Source: Eukaryota sp. TZLM1-RC
Lineage: Eukaryota; Protista; Metamonada: BaSk clade
Assembly (NCBI GenBank): GCA_040285825.1
Contig: JAUPSS010000006.1
Location: 1,302,001-1,366,000 of the forward strand
DNA length: 64,000 nt
Direction: 5' to 3'
Within the stretch, counting starts at the first letter, position 1. Each line of letters begins with the position of its first letter. A model generated the notes under the pieces. It was given only the letters and a program-made list of their open reading frames with translations. It made no database searches and had not been told where the DNA came from. Both the position numbers and the translations under genes were made by a program. This document shows, in pieces, positions 60,796 to 64,000 of the stretch.

Positions 60796-62332
60796 TAAAT
60801 AACAAAGAAGCAATAACTTCATATTATTTTTAGATTTACATAGTCAGCCTTGATTATTCTGTCTATAAAGTTCAAGAATCCTGTTATTGACGTAGCACAA
60901 TCTAAATAACCTAGACGACCCTCGGATATTAGGTTCTGAATCTTCTGTCCAAGCCGATCGATCGGATATTTTTACACCCTTCAGAAACTGTAAACATTAC
61001 AGATATCCTTTCAAGATATTCTTTGAAACCCAACTCACTTCATTCTTGGTGTAGTTCTTTCAGTTCATTCCCTCTACTTTCGTATCATCCATATAATGTG
61101 TCTCTGGTATAATCACTCTTTTTCTTGATCATTCTCTTGATGTGCTCGTGCTTATTTCAACAAGAAAGATACTTGATATTCACCACCATCGTTCTCCACA
61201 CTGTATTCTACTTTACTTCAAATTCATACCTGGGACATTCAGTTTCCATTCCACACCTGTATTGTCCAGCAAACTTCATTATACATTTCATTGACCTTAG
61301 CTTGCTGATTTTCATCACATTTGCACCCTCTATTCCCTTATGATTACCCCATATGATTTCCGACAACTGGGAGTTGAACCCACAAACATTGGGATTTCTA
61401 CTGTTAATTTGTTGGAGGTGGTGGTATTTGAACCTAGAACATGGTTTTGAGTGGAAATCTTTATTCTTATTTATTATTTATTTATTATTAAACTAACTAA
61501 AATTTCTCATGAAGGATGATTTTCGCTGGTTTGGGTTTTAGTTAATTATCATGTTTTTACATGTAAATGATATAATTTACCATTAACCTTAAGTTGGTTG
61601 ATTGAACACAATTTAAACTTGAAATTTACCAATGCCAAAACTTAAGGTTCAGATGATCTAGATGATGAAGTTAGTGATGAAACATTAAGACCCTTGTTAC
61701 AACTAATGTTGGCTTTGATGATGTAGTTGTTGTTTGTTATTCAAATGCTATTGTAGGGTTCCATTCATCATTATTATTATTTTCAATTTGAGAGTCTCCA
61801 CCAAATATTGAGAGTAATTCTCTTTATTTTGAGTTTCTATTGATAAACACATAAACGACTAATTAATCATCAATCATTCTGTTTTTACCTGTTGTAAGAT
61901 GATTATGGTCAAGAAAGACCTGATTACGTGTTTCTGTATAGTCTACATGTTTTTGGATTTTTGGATGTTTGTTGACAACAACCTTTTATGTGATTTAACT
62001 AGTCTTAATATAGTCTTATTAATATATTTATATATGATTTTTTATAACTAATCATTTAAATAATTACTTTTTCGAAATGAAAAATGTGAAGCACTGTTAT
62101 TATGGTGCAAGACAAGTCTGGTTTTTGTTTCCAAACATTGTGATAAGGACAACTACCATGTGAATACAGCAACTTCACAATTATTAGAAGATTTTTGTGG
62201 GAAAAAAACGTCTGAGTGAATATTTGAGTTTTATCAATTCTATGATTAGTTTTATGATTAACATACCTAATACTTCAGTACTGACAATTTGTTACAAAGG
62301 GTCAATGGACTGAGAAGAATTATTTTCCGATT

Positions 62333-64000
62333 GTGAAGGCTGTTTACATTATCTTGCACAGTGAAGAAACTGTTGAGATAGAGCCTTTGAAAACCAAGTT
62401 AGCTGACCTCCCTAGTCTCCTTGATGTGAAGCCTTACCCTTATAAAATTAATCTCATTAGTGCCATGTCCTACTATTTAAATTTCGTACCAGATTTTCGT
62501 GTTCATTATCTCTTTGATATAGCCTCGAAAAGATCTATTTGGATGATAGAGTTCTTCGTTAGTGACAAGCGCTTAATGATCAAGAATACAATTCCTATGC
62601 TCTACAAAAACCTTATACAAACTTACTTCAGTCGCATTGAAAATAGGCCCGTTCATTTTCGAGACCTTGATAAAAGTCAAAAAGCCCATTTTCTGAAAAA
62701 TTTTCCTTCAGTTTTGCCCAAATCAGTTTCGGAGACCCGTGGGTGTGCTGTTTTGTTCAATTCGGAGGAATTCACATCAATATTGCAACAGTATTCTCAT
62801 TTTGTTTACAATTTGTTTGCATATCCGTTTGTAACGTATTTTGATACGGCATCTGAGTCGTTATTTAGTACTTATGAAGCACAACTTGTTCAGTTATCAA
62901 ATATTAAAGCTGCACTACATGTTTCAGCCAGGGAAGATATCAATTGTGCTCCTAGTCAAGTTTCTCCTATTAATGGTAAACCTTGTTATGTTTATAAGAT
63001 GGATGCAAACTTTAATATGCGTAATTTAATCAAAATTTCATTTTGTCAATTATCAAACCTAATTTTCAATTTGTTAAATACTTACGATCCCATTGTCGAT
63101 TACCGCTTCCCTTTTAAACATGCGGCTCTCAATGGGCCTAATCAACATCTCTCCATCATTAATTTTCAACCTTTCGCCAGCGACGAAGATGCACTTCAAG
63201 CTCTAGAAAATTTTTTTCAAGGAGGTAGGGTACATCCAAGCCGTTTTTCTTATGAATGTGATCATTCAGTTCCAGTACATTCTGGAATGAAAAACATTTG
63301 CCAAGAATTTAGCGACTTATCACCAAAAGGAAAATATGTTACTTGCGTCCAACGGAAATCACCGTGTATTGGACTAACAACTGCTATTTATTTTGCATTA
63401 TCGAAATTAAACAATGTGGTTTGTTATCAATTGGAGAAATTTGTGTCTGATACCCCGGACAAAGTATATGAAAGTCTTATCTATATTAACAGTGTAGTTT
63501 TATTTTGTAAGGATTTGCCGTTGAACAATGTACACAAACTCATGAATACACTTAGCCAGAGACACTTTCAGTTTTTTCATTTGGTGTACATTGGAAACAA
63601 GTGACCGGCCTTGAAAGAAAGGATGTTTCGATACAAAAAATACACGTATGAAATGAATCTTTATAGAGACAATTTTATTTCTACTTTGAACAAACGTTGT
63701 GATCAATTAAACAAAAAACTAGGACGACATGTTGAAAAAGATTTCTTATATATAGGAATTGCATTATTTAAGAAGAATTTTTCCTTAGCTGAGACTACAG
63801 TTAAGAGTTTGCTCGATTCAATGTGGAAGAAACTGAACGATCGAGATAAAGGACTATTTCTATTTTATTGTCTTGTTTCGGTGACTGGGAAATCAGAACA
63901 ATTTCCCCTTGATTTATTCACTTCTGAAAGATTTCATTCTAATTTTGAAAAGTTGCCTTGTTTTAACAGAATTATTCTCCCTGCTGTTGGAGCTGGTACA
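62333..64000 (+). pseudogene. Family A copy 5 (5'-truncated type, TTA>TGA at 63602), runs off the window
   Basis: Near-identical to 9296 onward, preceded by the same 132 bp spacer. Confidence 0.85.

Noticed and set aside
61355-61445. Two tRNA T-arm/B-box-like motifs on the minus strand (GGTTCAACTCCC, GGTTCAAATACC)
   Set aside because: No matching acceptor 5' strand, D arm or anticodon arm; at most decayed tRNA/SINE remnants.
60800-62200. Possible decayed coding sequence
   Set aside because: Multiple stops in all frames examined and no recognisable domain.

Overview
AT-rich eukaryotic (protist-like) DNA in the standard genetic code, with very short spliceosomal introns (30-37 nt) whose branch point sits a fixed 5 nt from the 3' end. 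One clearly intact housekeeping gene (class II DnaJ/Hsp40, 1323-2382) precedes about 61 kb of rearranged, repeat-rich sequence. That region holds three amplified immune/conflict-type gene families, all on the + strand. Families A and B are paralogous ~1100-aa proteins with an AlbA_2/Schlafen nuclease, SIR2-like, degenerate STAND NTPase and TPR layout, which is SAMD9-like without the SAM domain. Family C is a P-loop NTPase plus PD-(D/E)xK nuclease of the Crinkler/RHS type. They are interleaved with fragments of about five families of RLE-type (CRE/R2-group) non-LTR retrotransposons, one near-complete element (about 55925-60795), tandem arrays of 1.0, 1.8 and 5 kb, and a 4.1 kb segmental duplication. 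The main highlights are a SAMD9/Schlafen-like defence-island-like cluster in a unicellular eukaryote, and two abutting introns with a zero-length exon in DnaJ. Many frameshifts lie in homopolymers and may be long-read errors. Family assignments come from motifs recognised by eye, not from database searches.
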